Position numbers and translations under genes: made by a program. 64,000 nucleotides of DNA from Zootoca vivipara. Taxonomy: Eukaryota. The stretch lies in assembly GCF_963506605.1 (NCBI RefSeq), contig NC_083283.1:60512001-60576000 (forward strand), read 5' to 3'. The notes beneath the pieces were generated by a model. That model had not been told where the DNA came from and did not search any database. It saw nothing but the letters and a program-made list of their open reading frames with translations. Below are positions 12,877-24,250 of the stretch, in pieces (the first letter of the stretch is position 1; every line of letters begins with the position of its first letter).

Positions 12877-15505
12877 CTAAAACATAAAATGTGTCTTTTC
12901 TGGGCAGACCTCTGAAACAAGGGTGTTGCCTCATGCCAATGGATTAGTTTGTCTAATTATAAGTTGTTACTAAGAGGTTTGCCTGACAAATGACTAGGCA
13001 ATAGGAGTATTCATTTCAAGAATGCTGTGATTTACTGTGTGGGTAATTGCAATAGGGAAACACGTCTAATATCTCACCCAGTGATCCAGTTAAATTAAGA
13101 GCACAGTTCTGCCCTCAAGAAGAACGCAGAGGATTTTCACTTAAGTCTGTGGCAATCACATCTATGTCTTCCCAAACCCATAATCTAGCCAAAGTAAATG
13201 TATTCCACCCACACTTACAAATGTTAATTAAATTTGACTCGAACATTTTTATTTAGGATTGGATAGGGCTTATCAGAGGATCATTTTAAAAAAAAACCTG
13301 ATGCAAAACATTTACAAAACTAGCTCCAGAAACTCCAGATATTGTGATGGAAACCAAGAGGGGTGAGTAAAAATAGTCTGAAAGCCTCTGAAAATACTTC
13401 AGTGTGTATGAGAGGTGATAGCGCGACAGTGTAGGCAGTAATGTTTCAATTGCATATAGCGTCTAAAATCAAGTCGCACAAACTTTCCCCAAAACACATT
13501 GTGCTACTGTTTCCTAATCTGTTCTTGTTCTAATAATTTATAATGAGTTATTGGAAGGGAGGTGGAGAATAAAAAAGTGAAGATACCTTTTTGATACCTC
13601 CCGTAGCTTTACCCACTTAGAAAACAAAGCAGTTCTTCATGAATTATGTTGCTAGTGTTTTTCATGCAACAGGAGTAGCAGAATCCATGAGATTATATAA
13701 ATAATATTCTACTTCAAAAAAAAAATCACTTATTTATAGTAGTAGATCTAGTAGTTCGTCTTCCATGGAAGCTAACTTTCTTTAACTTCTCATTCCATGC
13801 TGCGATATATCTCCCACCAAACACAACATTTCATTTTATAGGATATGTTCACCACTTGCTACATTAAAAGAGGGCATACTGGAGAAAACAACAGCAATCC
13901 TCTAGAAGCAGACTTTACACCTGCTTTGTGGATATTGAGCTTCTTGTCCAACGCATGTAGCATTTTAAATTTGGGTGAAAAAGCTGTTAACACTTTCCTC
14001 TGTTAATGTCAGGAAATGCGGTCCAGTGAAAGTACTCTGGGACTCTTACACAGGTCCAACTTCCTGCTTAGTCACAAACTGAGGACACTCTGGTTCCTTC
14101 ACTGTAAAAATGGAAATAGGAGTGACTTACCTTTACCTGCCATAGGGATAATGAGAAAATAAAGAGAAAATAAAGGTAATGGATGCATTACACAAACGAC
14201 ATCATGAGAGTAATAATAATTACTTTTGTGAGCTGTGTTAGGCAAAACCAACATGTTGCTCACTAGATGTTAACACCACTAATCTACAGAAACCCTAAAT
14301 AGGTGCTGTCCCATTTTCTGTTATTTACTCTAACACAGTGCAATCAAAAGACAATATAATAATGGAGGTTTGCTGTGCTATGGCACATGCAGCACCTCCG
14401 ACAAAATCACTCAACTTAAATCGGACTGCACAGAAAATTCCTATAACACTTCTTTCTGGTACTGAATTTATTTACTTTAGAAATTGATTTGCTCTGTCAC
14501 TATTTATTGCCGCATGCTGTTCAGTAATGCTCAGAAGCTGCATGAAAAATCACAATGTTGCACTTGTTAAATTGACCTGATGAAGTTAAGACACTGGTAT
14601 ATGAATCACCCCAAGAGGCAATTCTCCTAAATTCATGCTCTGCATAACACTGCTAAATCAGAAGAAAAAGCAAAGTTGGTTGTACCGTACATAGCCTGCA
14701 GAGTTTTCAATTGATTGTATGTAGTTCTGTATACAAAACATCAATTAGTTTTACTTTCCTGCTGCAGCTTATTGCTAAAATGAGATGTTTACGACCTTTT
14801 AAAACAAGGTGGATTCAGTAGTTAAAATGTTAGACGACATAGTTAAATACTCTCTGGAAAACGGAACAGTTTCTCAACAATATTCTAAGCGAGGCCTCAA
14901 CTGGTCTGTAGAAGTGAACTGAACGTAAAGCATTGCTTCTGTTTCCCTTCTGAGTGCGTACACCCACACACTTTCCCCAGTTTCCATATAACTGGAAAAG
15001 CAGAAGCATTTGATTGTAAAAGTTGTATGCCCTGACTCAAGTCAGTTGAGTACACATTTTACTTGCATCAATAGCAGAGTGGAAGACTGCCAGTTTAGTG
15101 TCTTGGCTGGCATTCAAACATGCTGATTGCTGAGCTCTTTAGCTTCTGAGTTCACTATAAAAAACAGCACAAAATCACTTCTGATAGAGACCTTTAAGCT
15201 CAGATTCAAGGAATGAAAGGATGCAAATGGTATTCAGCTATTTTTTAAAAAGGTAGATTGGAATGTTTAAAAATTGTGCTTTGGCTTTATATGCATTTAC
15301 AATACAGAGTATAACATTTTATATCCAGCCAAGCAACGTTTCCATGCATACTTACAGCCAGAATTTGCTCAAATCACCTAGAAAGGTGGAGATTTACATT
15401 TACCGGTACATTTTTACATGTTACTTATAAAATCCATAGCAAATAATCTAATTCCTCAGTTGTTCAGGACTGAGCAGAACTGCTGTACCTAAAAACTTTC
15501 ATTTA

Positions 15506-15696
15506 CAGGTACGTAGCCATGTTGGTCTGCCGTAGTCAAAACAAAATAAAAAAAAATTCCTTCCAGTAGCACCTTAGAGACCAACTAAGTTTGTCATTCG
15601 TATGAGCTTTCGTGCGCATGCACACTTCTTCAGATACACTGAAACAGAAGTTTCAGTGTATCTTGAAAGCTTTCGGTGTATCTGAAAGCTTTCAGT
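15506..15696 (-). mobile_element. Penelope-like element terminal fragment (pLTR) with inverted junction
   Basis: 'gtagccatgttggtctg...agtagcaccttagagaccaac...gagctttcgtg...cacttcttcagatac' matches the reptile Penelope terminus as I recall it. It contains a hammerhead core and a 14-bp fold-back. Confidence 0.8.
15600..15637 (-). ncRNA. Minimal type I hammerhead ribozyme motif (Penelope-associated)
   Basis: Minus-strand RNA is GUAU-CUGAAGA-A-GUGUGC-AU-GCGCAC-GAAA-GCUC-AUAC: CUGANGA and GAAA boxes, stem II, stem I GUAU/AUAC and a palindromic AGCU minimal stem III. Confidence 0.75.
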
Positions 15697-16668
15697 CTTG
15701 GGCCACTAAAAGTTGTCAAGACAAATCCAAGTGAAATGCTCTTTAAAGTCCCACTATCCCCAAATTTCTCACCACTGACAACGTAATTAAAAAAGGCTTG
15801 CCACTGTTTGCATAATTTGCACATTTGCTGTCAGTGGAAAAAACCCACTGAATGGGAGGTAAAGGAGGAGCAAGTGAAGACAGTGATGGTCAAGTGGGCC
15901 CAGGATTTAGGGGAAAATATTATGATGAGCCAATGGGAACAGCTGTGGAAAAGAGATATCAAATTTATGGCATGCTATAATTTAAGAGAGAATGTAATGA
16001 AAATGCAATACAGATGGTACCTGACCCCGGTCAGACTGGCAAAAATGTATAAAAACTGTAGCGATGTCTGTTGGAGATGCAACAACGGGGCAGGAACCTT
16101 TCTACACATGTGGTGGGAGTGCAAAGAGATAGTGGGATTTTGGGAAAATATCTGTAACGAATTGAAAAAGATGCTTAGATTTACATTTGGAAAAAAACAC
16201 CAGAATCCTTTCTCCTAGGTATCATGTCAGGGGAAATAAAAAGAATGGTCAGACCAATATTTATGTATGCGACTACAGTGGCAAGATTATTGATTGCCAA
16301 AAATTGGGAAAGCAGCAGCATCCCAACTAAAACAGACTGGCTATCTAAAATGATGGAATACTTCCATATTGCCAAACTAACAGGGAGGATAAGAGGAGAT
16401 ATGGTACAAAAAGTGAATAAGGAGTGGGCTATCTTTAAGGAATACATCAAAATTTATGTGGAAAAAGTAGAATTTCTGACAGATATTGAGTGCATCCAGA
16501 AAATGATTAGAGTGAAAGGAGAGTAAAGTCAAGACAGAATAAGAGATTAAAGAAATAATGAAATGTGTTTAAGCTAGTTGGAAAAATAAAGTAGCGTAAC
16601 AAGAATGGCTGGAAGTCAAGTCACTTGCTGGGTGTCTGTGTGGGGTAGGTGTGTTGATATGTATAGTA

Positions 16669-16808
16669 NNNNNNNNNNNNNNNNNNNNNNNNNNNNNNNN
16701 NNNNNNNNNNNNNNNNNNNNNNNNNNNNNNNNNNNNNNNNNNNNNNNNNNNNNNNNNNNNNNNNNNNNNNNNNNNNNNNNNNNNNNNNNNNNNNNNNNNN
16801 NNNNNNNN
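16669..16808. other. Assembly gap (140 N)
   Basis: Run of N. It abuts the missing 3' tail of a Squam3 SINE. Confidence 1.
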
Positions 16809-17010
16809 ACTACCCGAAGGAGTCTCAAAGCGGCTAATATTCTCCTTTCCCTTCCTCCCCCACAACAAACACTCTGTGAGGTGAGTGGGGCTGAGAGACT
16901 TCAGAAAAGTGTGACTAGCCCAAGGTCACCCAGCAGCTGCATGTGGAGGAGCGAAGACACCAACCCGGTTCCCCAGATTACGAGTCTACCGCTCTTAACC
17001 AGCATACCAC
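16809..17010 (-). mobile_element. Squam3-like SINE nested in the L1 3'UTR (tail hidden in the gap)
   Basis: Close match to 4970-5172. Confidence 0.85.
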
Positions 17011-17038
17011 AGAGTAATGCTATGAATATAAGGTAGTG

Positions 17039-18161
17039 AATGCTTCTAAAGCAGCTCTGTTGATTAGATCCCTGTACTCCAAGAAACAGGCACAAACAGT
17101 GGATGTTGCCCTGCGACTCTTTAAAATGAAAGTTCTCCCACTACTTTTGGTGGGCATTGCCTTGGGTACGCGTAGGGACTTTGTAAGATTGGAATCCATC
17201 CAATCACAATTCCTCAGGGCCATTCTCAGGATCCCCCCTTCTGTTGCGGGTGCGATCATGAGATTGGAGACCGGTTGCCAAGCCTTTACGTATGTGGCCC
17301 TGAAAGCGAAATTATGGCTATGGCTCAAACTATGTTTCAGACCGATGGGTTTGGCCCCCCTGATTCTGAGGGATAATTTTAAATCTCCATGGGAAAGGGA
17401 AGTGGTAGAGGAAGTGCAAAAGTGCGGTCTGTCCTCCCTTTATATTGAGTCCATGACGTTCAGTCGCGCTAAAGCGATGATCGCTCAGAGATTGGAGGAT
17501 ATCGCCAGACAGGAGGACATAGCCCGCGTGAAATCTGGGATGTTTTTAGGGGAGCAGGTGTATCGGTCTGCACCAGCCCGTTACCTGGCGGATATCCACT
17601 ACGTGGAATACCGCAGACTACTTACTGCGGCTAGACTGAATGTCCTTGATTCGGCGGTTTTGAGGGGAAGATTTGGACGAGTCCCATACGGTCAGAGAAT
17701 GTGCCATTGTGCCTTGAGTGAGGTAGAATCTACAGAACACATTCTACTGAGTTGTCCCTTTTATAATGATCTAAGGCAATGTCTTATAGCCCCGTATTTA
17801 TCTCAGTTTAGTTCCCAACTAAGAGAACGGCAGGCAGCATATTTGCTAAACAAGCCCACTGGGAAAATAACCTTCTCAGTGGCTAAATTCCTTTTCCTGG
17901 CGCTCAAGTGTCGGAAACGTATAATCGAATGTCTTGATGCGGGTTACCTGTAGGAGGTTTAGTAGTGCGGTCATACCCCATTTATGTATCCCGCTGATGC
18001 CCTCAGTTTTATATTTTTATATTTTTATGTATCCCGCTGATGTCCTCAGTTTTATATTTTTATATTTTATGTATCCCCCTGATGCCTTCAGTTTTATATG
18101 TTTATCTTTGTATTGAGAAATGTTTTTGTTCTGACTATCGGTCGAATAAAGTATATTGAAT
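17039..18161 (+). mobile_element. Young 5'-truncated RTE-X-like non-LTR retrotransposon
   Basis: Uninterrupted ORF to 17953 with LFKMKVLPLLL, LESIQSQFLRAILRIP...IMRLETG and the C-terminal knuckle CHCALSEVESTEHILLSCPFY. Ends in AATAAA and (TTGAA)2. Perfect 16-bp TSD tgaatataaggtagtg at 17023-17038 and 18162-18177. Confidence 0.8.
17981..18101 (+). repeat. ~43-bp tandem repeat x3 in the RTE-X-like 3'UTR
   Basis: Three copies of tttatgtatcccgctgatgccctcagttttatat..., with small changes. Confidence 0.85.
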
Positions 18162-20052
18162 TGAATATAAGGTAGTGTGTTTTGTGTAAATGTAAGTGTT
18201 TTATATGTTAATAAAAATTAAAAATTAAAAAATTAAAAAGGCTTGCCACTGTTTGCATAATTTGCACATTTGCTGTCAGTGGAAAAAACCCAGATGCTGC
18301 AGATCGAACTGCCTGGAAAATTCATTCATGTTCTATTGGAACTATTTCATAACTCAACGTACACATCTTTCACAAAATTTGAATATGTATTTGTACTGCA
18401 TATATAGTAGAGACATATTTGACTACTTAAAATAATTCCCTGGATAACTAACCTCTGCACAAAGATGGTGCAAATGAAGACTTGGCTTCTAGCTGAAATT
18501 ATATCCTTTAGGGAGAGGTCTATGTAATATTTAACCACAACAGATAAACCTACAGCTTCTCTTAAAGTGAGTTACTAATTGCTTCAATTAATTAATAAAA
18601 GACTGCATTTACTGTACTCATCCTGGGAAACCATAAGAGGAATTCTAAAGCAGCTTCAACGCATTTATCTTCTTGCAAATATAGAAGTGATATTACTTGA
18701 AATCTCTTGTGTTACCATTACACTCAGGAGCTTCTGCCTCACTGATGATTAGTCTCTCACCGGGGATGATACAGTCCAGTCAGTACTAGGCAAGTTTATT
18801 TCCACTGCAACCCATCATCCCTGGCATCCTCCACCTAAGTTTTATAACCCCCAGGCAGGTGAGTTCAGACAAGGGGGGGGGGAAATGACTCACAAGGAAG
18901 ATGACCTGTCTAATTACTGACCTATCTTTCAATTTCTGCTTAATAAAGGTGCTCTCTCTCAAACCTTATACTGTATACCTGTGGCCTTAAGGTTGTTGTT
19001 TTTTCTGAGAGAAGGTTATTGGTGTCCCTCCTCCTCTTATTATCTGCAAGGGTGGCAAAAAGCAGCACTGAGTTAGCACCCCCAGAATGCCCCTGAAGTG
19101 TGAGCTGGGATGCCTACTACTGAGCAGAAATTTCATTGGTAGGGAAGGCTCCAGCATACTGCTTCAAGTACTGTAATTTGTGACAGCATTTTGTTAAAAA
19201 AGCTCAGCAGCAAAGTTGGAATAACAACAACAACAACAACGATGGTGATTAACAGAGGTGTTGTGTAGGATTAGGCAGCTCGCATGAGGCTTTTCCTATT
19301 TAAAATGTTTTCTTTGTGCTTATTTGAAACCCTTATATTGACAATAGCTGGTTAATCAAGCTTTGAAAACAAAACAAAAAACCCAGTTATCTCTAAATTA
19401 TGCTTTCATAGGGTTCATTGGCACTTGAGTGAAAACATGGTCAAGCGGTAACCTCAGACAACTGTCTGGAGAAGGACATTTCCCCCCCATGCCTTCAATG
19501 CTATAGCATGCATTAACCACAACTATTCAGTCTATCATTTTGTAGCTTACATTGTGATAACTTCAGTGAGAAGTGTGTCGTGTCTGCAAGCTGGCATACA
19601 TTTGCTGAAGTGAAGTTGTGCCGCAGTTCTGAAATCTAAAACACAATTTAGCAACACAGCAATTCTGTAAAACGGAACAAACTAATTTCGGACAGGAAAA
19701 TGTCTCCTAAGGAATGTTCTAGATCTAGACTGACTAAAAGTAACTGTCAAAGAGATTTGTAGTAAGACCAACGGTCAAATCCAGGGTGGCATCCAATACA
19801 AAATGCAGTTGTGCAAGGGGTTAACGCTCAGTACAGCTTTCATTGTTGTTCCTTTTGAGTTTCCAGCCACGCTAGGCTAAGAAGAATAGTTTAGCATGGT
19901 GTATTGCCCTCTCCAGGAAGCAGCTCAAACTTAATACTTGTTTCAACAGGATATTCCTGACTTGTAGGTATAAGAGTCTGAGAATTTGACTTCATATTAT
20001 ATACTGCAATCCTCATTGCTCCTCTGTCAAGGAGTTTGCAACAAACAAGAGG

Positions 20053-20112
20053 AATAAAAGCATATAAAAGAATAAAAGCATATAAAAGAATAAAAGCATA
20101 TAAAAGAATAAA
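20053..20112. repeat. 18-bp minisatellite x3
   Basis: aataaaagcatataaaag x3 plus aataaa. Confidence 0.9.
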
Positions 20113-20737
20113 TGAGTGGGCTGGGCTCCCTTTTGTATATGAAAAGGCACCCGTATTTAAAAAGCCTTGCAATAAACATACTGTTCAAATGTGGTTTTTT
20201 TTAGAACTGCTTTCCACATCCTGATTTTAAAATACAGGAAATTTTTCATAAGCCACTCCTATGTTTCAAAACATCTTGTAATGCTTAAGGAACATAACTA
20301 GCACCTCCCCAGGTATACATTAAGACTTGTGCCTGGCAAGGATGAGAACCTTTGACACAAGCCAAAGGGAGGGAGTGAACCAGCTTCTATTCTGAGGCTC
20401 TCCATCAATGGTGAACAGCATGAGATCCTGGTCGTGTGAGATGATGGTTGGGACATGGATTGACTACTAAGCCACAGTGTCTGGAGTGACCCAAAGCAGG
20501 CCACAGATGTGAAGGGCTAGTGTGTCTATGGATGGCTTCCTTTGGGTGGATGCCAACATTTGGGGAGAGCAGACTTGGGAGTCCTAGAAGCTTTGCTATG
20601 TGCTATTGTTATTGGTATTATTTGTATTGAATACGTAATTTTAGCATTATGTATTGTGTTTAGGTTGTTGTGCATGGTATTTTTCTTCTGTTTTGTAAAC
20701 TGCTTTGAAGATTATTTTAGCAGAAAACCAGGATATA

Positions 20738-20965
20738 CAGTGGTACCTCTACTAACGAATTTAATGCGTTCCGAACGCACATTCGTAAGTCGAAAAAATT
20801 TGTAAGTCGAATCCCATAGGAATGCATTGGGAGAAAAAAATTGTAAGTAGAAGCAACCCTATCTAAAAATTCGTAAGTAGAAAAAAATCCTATCTAAACT
20901 ACATCCAAGATGGCGGACGGAGCTCCATTCATAAGTAGAGTTATTCGTAAGTAGAGGTACCACTG
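20738..20965 (+). mobile_element. Tc1/mariner (Tigger/pogo-like) MITE
   Basis: TIRs cagtggtacctctact / agtagaggtaccactg with TA on both sides. It is an inverted copy of 27570-27812. Confidence 0.9.
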
Positions 20966-22633
20966 TAATGTCAAATCTAACCCAATCACTAGCTATTAGC
21001 TACTCAGTCCTGAGCAAGATTCAACGCCCCTAGAGCTAACAGGAAGAAATTCATGGGAGCCGTTTAGGGAAGAGAAAGAAGACATCTATACTTCTGGTGA
21101 ACTCACAGTGTCTATACATTGTGATGTGATTGTTATAAGCAATTAAAAGGACTTGTGTACTGTGCACAGATGCCAAATATATCCACTTCATTAAAAAAAC
21201 AACAACAACGTGTTGCAGCATAAAAAACGAAGTCTACTTATAAGGGGGGCAACCAATTTGGTGCTCTCAATATGTTGTTGGATTGCAACTCCCATCATTC
21301 CTTACCATTGGTCATGCCGCCATATTGTGTACACCCAGCACACATGGTGTCCTTTTTGCTACATAAGTGATGGCACTACCTCTGAAATAGGGACTAGAGG
21401 AAGTGATGGGTTTATGCAATTTCCATCGTTCCAAAGGCAGCATAGCACTCGATATGGCAACCGAGGGAGAGAGCTGTTGCCTTCATGTGTTGTTTGTGGG
21501 CTTCTCAGAGGCATGTCAGTGGGAAAGCAGGATGATGGGTTAGATGGCATCAGAACCAGTAATTATTACGTTACCTTCAATCAGATGTGGGGAACCTTTA
21601 GCCCTACAGAGGTTGCTGAAGTACAACTCTCCTCATGCCTGGCCATTGACTGTGTTTGCTGGGGATGATGGGAGTTGTAGTTCAGCATCGTTTGGAGAGT
21701 CAATGGTTCTTTGGACTTGACCTAGACGGACCACTGGTCAGAAGCAATAAAAACGTTCCTGTAGAATAACAGTGACTTCATCAGTTTAGAGGAATATCAA
21801 AACTAGGGGGCAGAAGCGAAACTTCACTAAGTGCCATTCTGATCCCAGTAAACAAGATGTGCACCAAACATTTTTTTTGGTTTTACAGTATTGCAATCTC
21901 AGGCCTATAAATATACAGCTTGAATTATTCACTTGCAATCATGCAGATTGGTCACTAGATGTCTCTGCACTGTAGTTAGAACACCAGAAAAAAACATCGC
22001 CCCTAAATTTAAACAGCAAATGAACAAGGAAGTTATCTCCTGGTGTTTCATTGCTGCTCTTCCCCCCAAAAAATGTGTTAAGAAAACACTATGGGCTTTA
22101 ATTAATAAGAATCTGCAAGCCAGATCTTGCGAGAGAAAGGTGCTAGAGGGAATATTCTTCCCATGGGGACAACTAGAGTGATCAGATTATCTTTAGACCA
22201 AAAAATATGTAGCAGACTTCAGCCTACAGACTTTTATTGCCATATGGCCTAAACTTGAATTGACAGAGACAAATCCTGAACGTTGCCGTAAAACCATGGT
22301 CCACTGAGTTTCTTTAACATGAACATTTAACTCTCCAGTGCAGATCACAAAGCTCTGTAAAGACACCACACCTAAGCTAGCAACTTCACTGTCGCAGCTC
22401 TAGCCACCCTGATGCACAACTGCCTCACACTGCAGGCTGTTGCACCTCTGCTATTATGTCCAAAGACAACCTGCCTAAGAAAAACTTGCAAGCTGGACAA
22501 ACAGGCGAAGCTTGTGGATCGTTCCTACACATGTTCACCTTTGGATAATACAGAAATTTTGAAACAACTCCCTCACATATCCCGGACATAATGCCCAAAG
22601 CCACTGTGCTGCCCATCTACGATGATTTTATTG

Positions 22634-23372
22634 CATACCCTCCAACATTTCTCCAATTAAAATAGGGACGTCCTGTTCCATAATAATAATAATTTTATTT
22701 TTTTATGCATCACCCATCTGACTAGGTTGCCCCAGCCACTCTTCCAACATATATAAAAACATAACAAAACATTAAACTTGAAAAAACTTCCCGATATACA
22801 GTGCTGCCTTCAGATGTCTTCTAAACATTGTATACTTATCCCCTTGGCTCAGAGGTTGCACAACTCCATCTCCATACACTCCAACATTTTTCTGATGAAA
22901 AATGACATCCTAAGGAAGAGTGATGGGACGCGGGTGGTGCTGTGGGTTAAACCACAGAGCCTAGGGCTTGCCGATCAGAAGGTCGGCGGTTCTAATCCCC
23001 ACGATAAGGTGAGCTCCCGTTGCTCAGTCCCAGCTCCTGCCAACCTAGCAGTTCGAAAGCACGCCAAAGTGCAAGTAGATAAATAGGTACCGCTACAGCG
23101 GGAAGGTAAACAGGGTTTCCATATGCTGCTCTGGTTCGCCAGAAGCGGCTTTGTCATGCCGGCCACATGACCTGGAAGCCGTACGCCGGCTCCCTCAGCC
23201 AATAATGCGAGATGAGTGCCGCAACCCCAGAGTCGGTCACGACTGGACCTAATGGTCAGGGGTCCCTTTACCTTTAAGGAAAAGTGGGACATTCCAGGAT
23301 AAAATCAGAAACCAGGACGGCTTCTGTAAATCTGGGACTATCACTGGAAAATAGGGACACTTGGAGGGTTTA
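22634..23372. mobile_element. Composite hAT-type non-autonomous element with a duplicated left end, captured L2 tail and inserted Sauria SINE
   Basis: Left ends cataccctccaac (22634) and catacactccaac (22873), right end ttggagggt (23361). Segment 22680-22825 is the reverse complement of the L2 3' end seen at 26961-27102. Confidence 0.65.
22925..23275 (+). mobile_element. Sauria SINE, full length
   Basis: gggacgcgggtggtgctgtgggttaaaccac head and (ACCTTT)n tail. TSD taagga(g/a)agtg-type at 22911-22922 and 23275-23286 (11/12 match). Confidence 0.92.
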
Positions 23373-24114
23373 TATACTGTGACATGTCGCAGTAAGTTCT
23401 CAAGATATAGGCATTTCTGCTGAATGCTACGAGACCATTGTACAAATAATTCAATCTTTTCTTCTCTCTCAGGCCTGCTTGCAACTACACAAGCCCAGAG
23501 GTCCATTATACCATTCTTCAGCTTCCCTCAGCATATTTCAGTACAGTCATTAAACCTGGCTTGTTTGCTGTACCTTCACTATTTTCTCACACCTGCCCCC
23601 ACCTTATCAGGTATTCATCCTGTCATCCAAAAATCTAGCGATTTTCCATAGCTTTGCGGCAGCTTTAACTGCTTTGGCCCAGACAACTGCTGGGCTGATC
23701 CCTGCCAAAACGTCCTTCCTCTGCCAATTTTTCTAGACTTTGATCCTTCTCATTTCGTCTGGGCCAAGCAGAGAGACCGAACTCATGCTAGTTTGTCAAA
23801 CAGAATGCCAGGTAGGTGATTGTAAATATCAAAGCATTTATATATGATTTCTTGGGGCAGCTTTCCTCGCAGGATGAAAGGAAGGATGCAGGAATAGATC
23901 TCTGAGCTTATCTTTGCTGCATGGAACTAGGTAAGACATGGGAGAAAGAATAGTGTCTATTAAGTAGATTTTTAAAAAATCTATACTTTCCCCACTCTTC
24001 TGCTGAATGCAGAAGATACATTGATGCTGTGGAGAGACACAGACCATACCAATTATAGTTTTGCTGGTGATATGATGAAAATACACACTGGCCTCATTCA
24101 CTTACCATTTTAAA

Positions 24115-24250
24115 CAGACATCCCCAAACTGCGGCCCTCCAGAGGTTTTGGCCTACAACTCCCATGATCCCTAGCTAACAGGACCAGTGGTCGGGGAAGA
24201 TGGGAATTGTAGTCCAAAACATCTGGAGGGCCGAAGTTTGGGGATGCCTG
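24115..24250. mobile_element. hAT MITE (same family as 10420-10554)
   Basis: TIRs cagacatccccaaact / agtttggggatgcctg and a perfect 8-bp TSD attttaaa at 24107-24114 and 24251-24258. Confidence 0.9.

Larger units (their letters stand above)
15848..18234 (+). mobile_element. 5'-truncated L1-clade LINE (ORF2 C-terminus, 3'UTR, A-rich tail) hosting nested insertions
   Basis: Peptide KMQYRWYLTPVRLAKMYKNCSDVCWRCNNGAGTFLHMWWEC is a CCHC knuckle typical of the L1 ORF2 end. After a frameshift near 16200 it continues PESFLLGI...ARLLIAKNW to a stop at 16526. AATAAA and an A-rich tail lie at 18210-18239. It is flanked by a 58-bp direct repeat. Confidence 0.85.

Noticed and set aside
16569-17036. ORFs containing X runs
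   Set aside because: They are artefacts of translating through the 140-N gap and SINE sequence.
20053-20112. Regular repeats as a CRISPR-like array (also 17981-18101 and 39305-39365)
   Set aside because: These are tandem units without unique spacers in a vertebrate genome: a minisatellite or TE-internal repeats.
23872-23929. Plus-strand exon-like segment (cctcgcag|...|gtaaga)
   Set aside because: It has stops in all three frames and no partner exons were identified.
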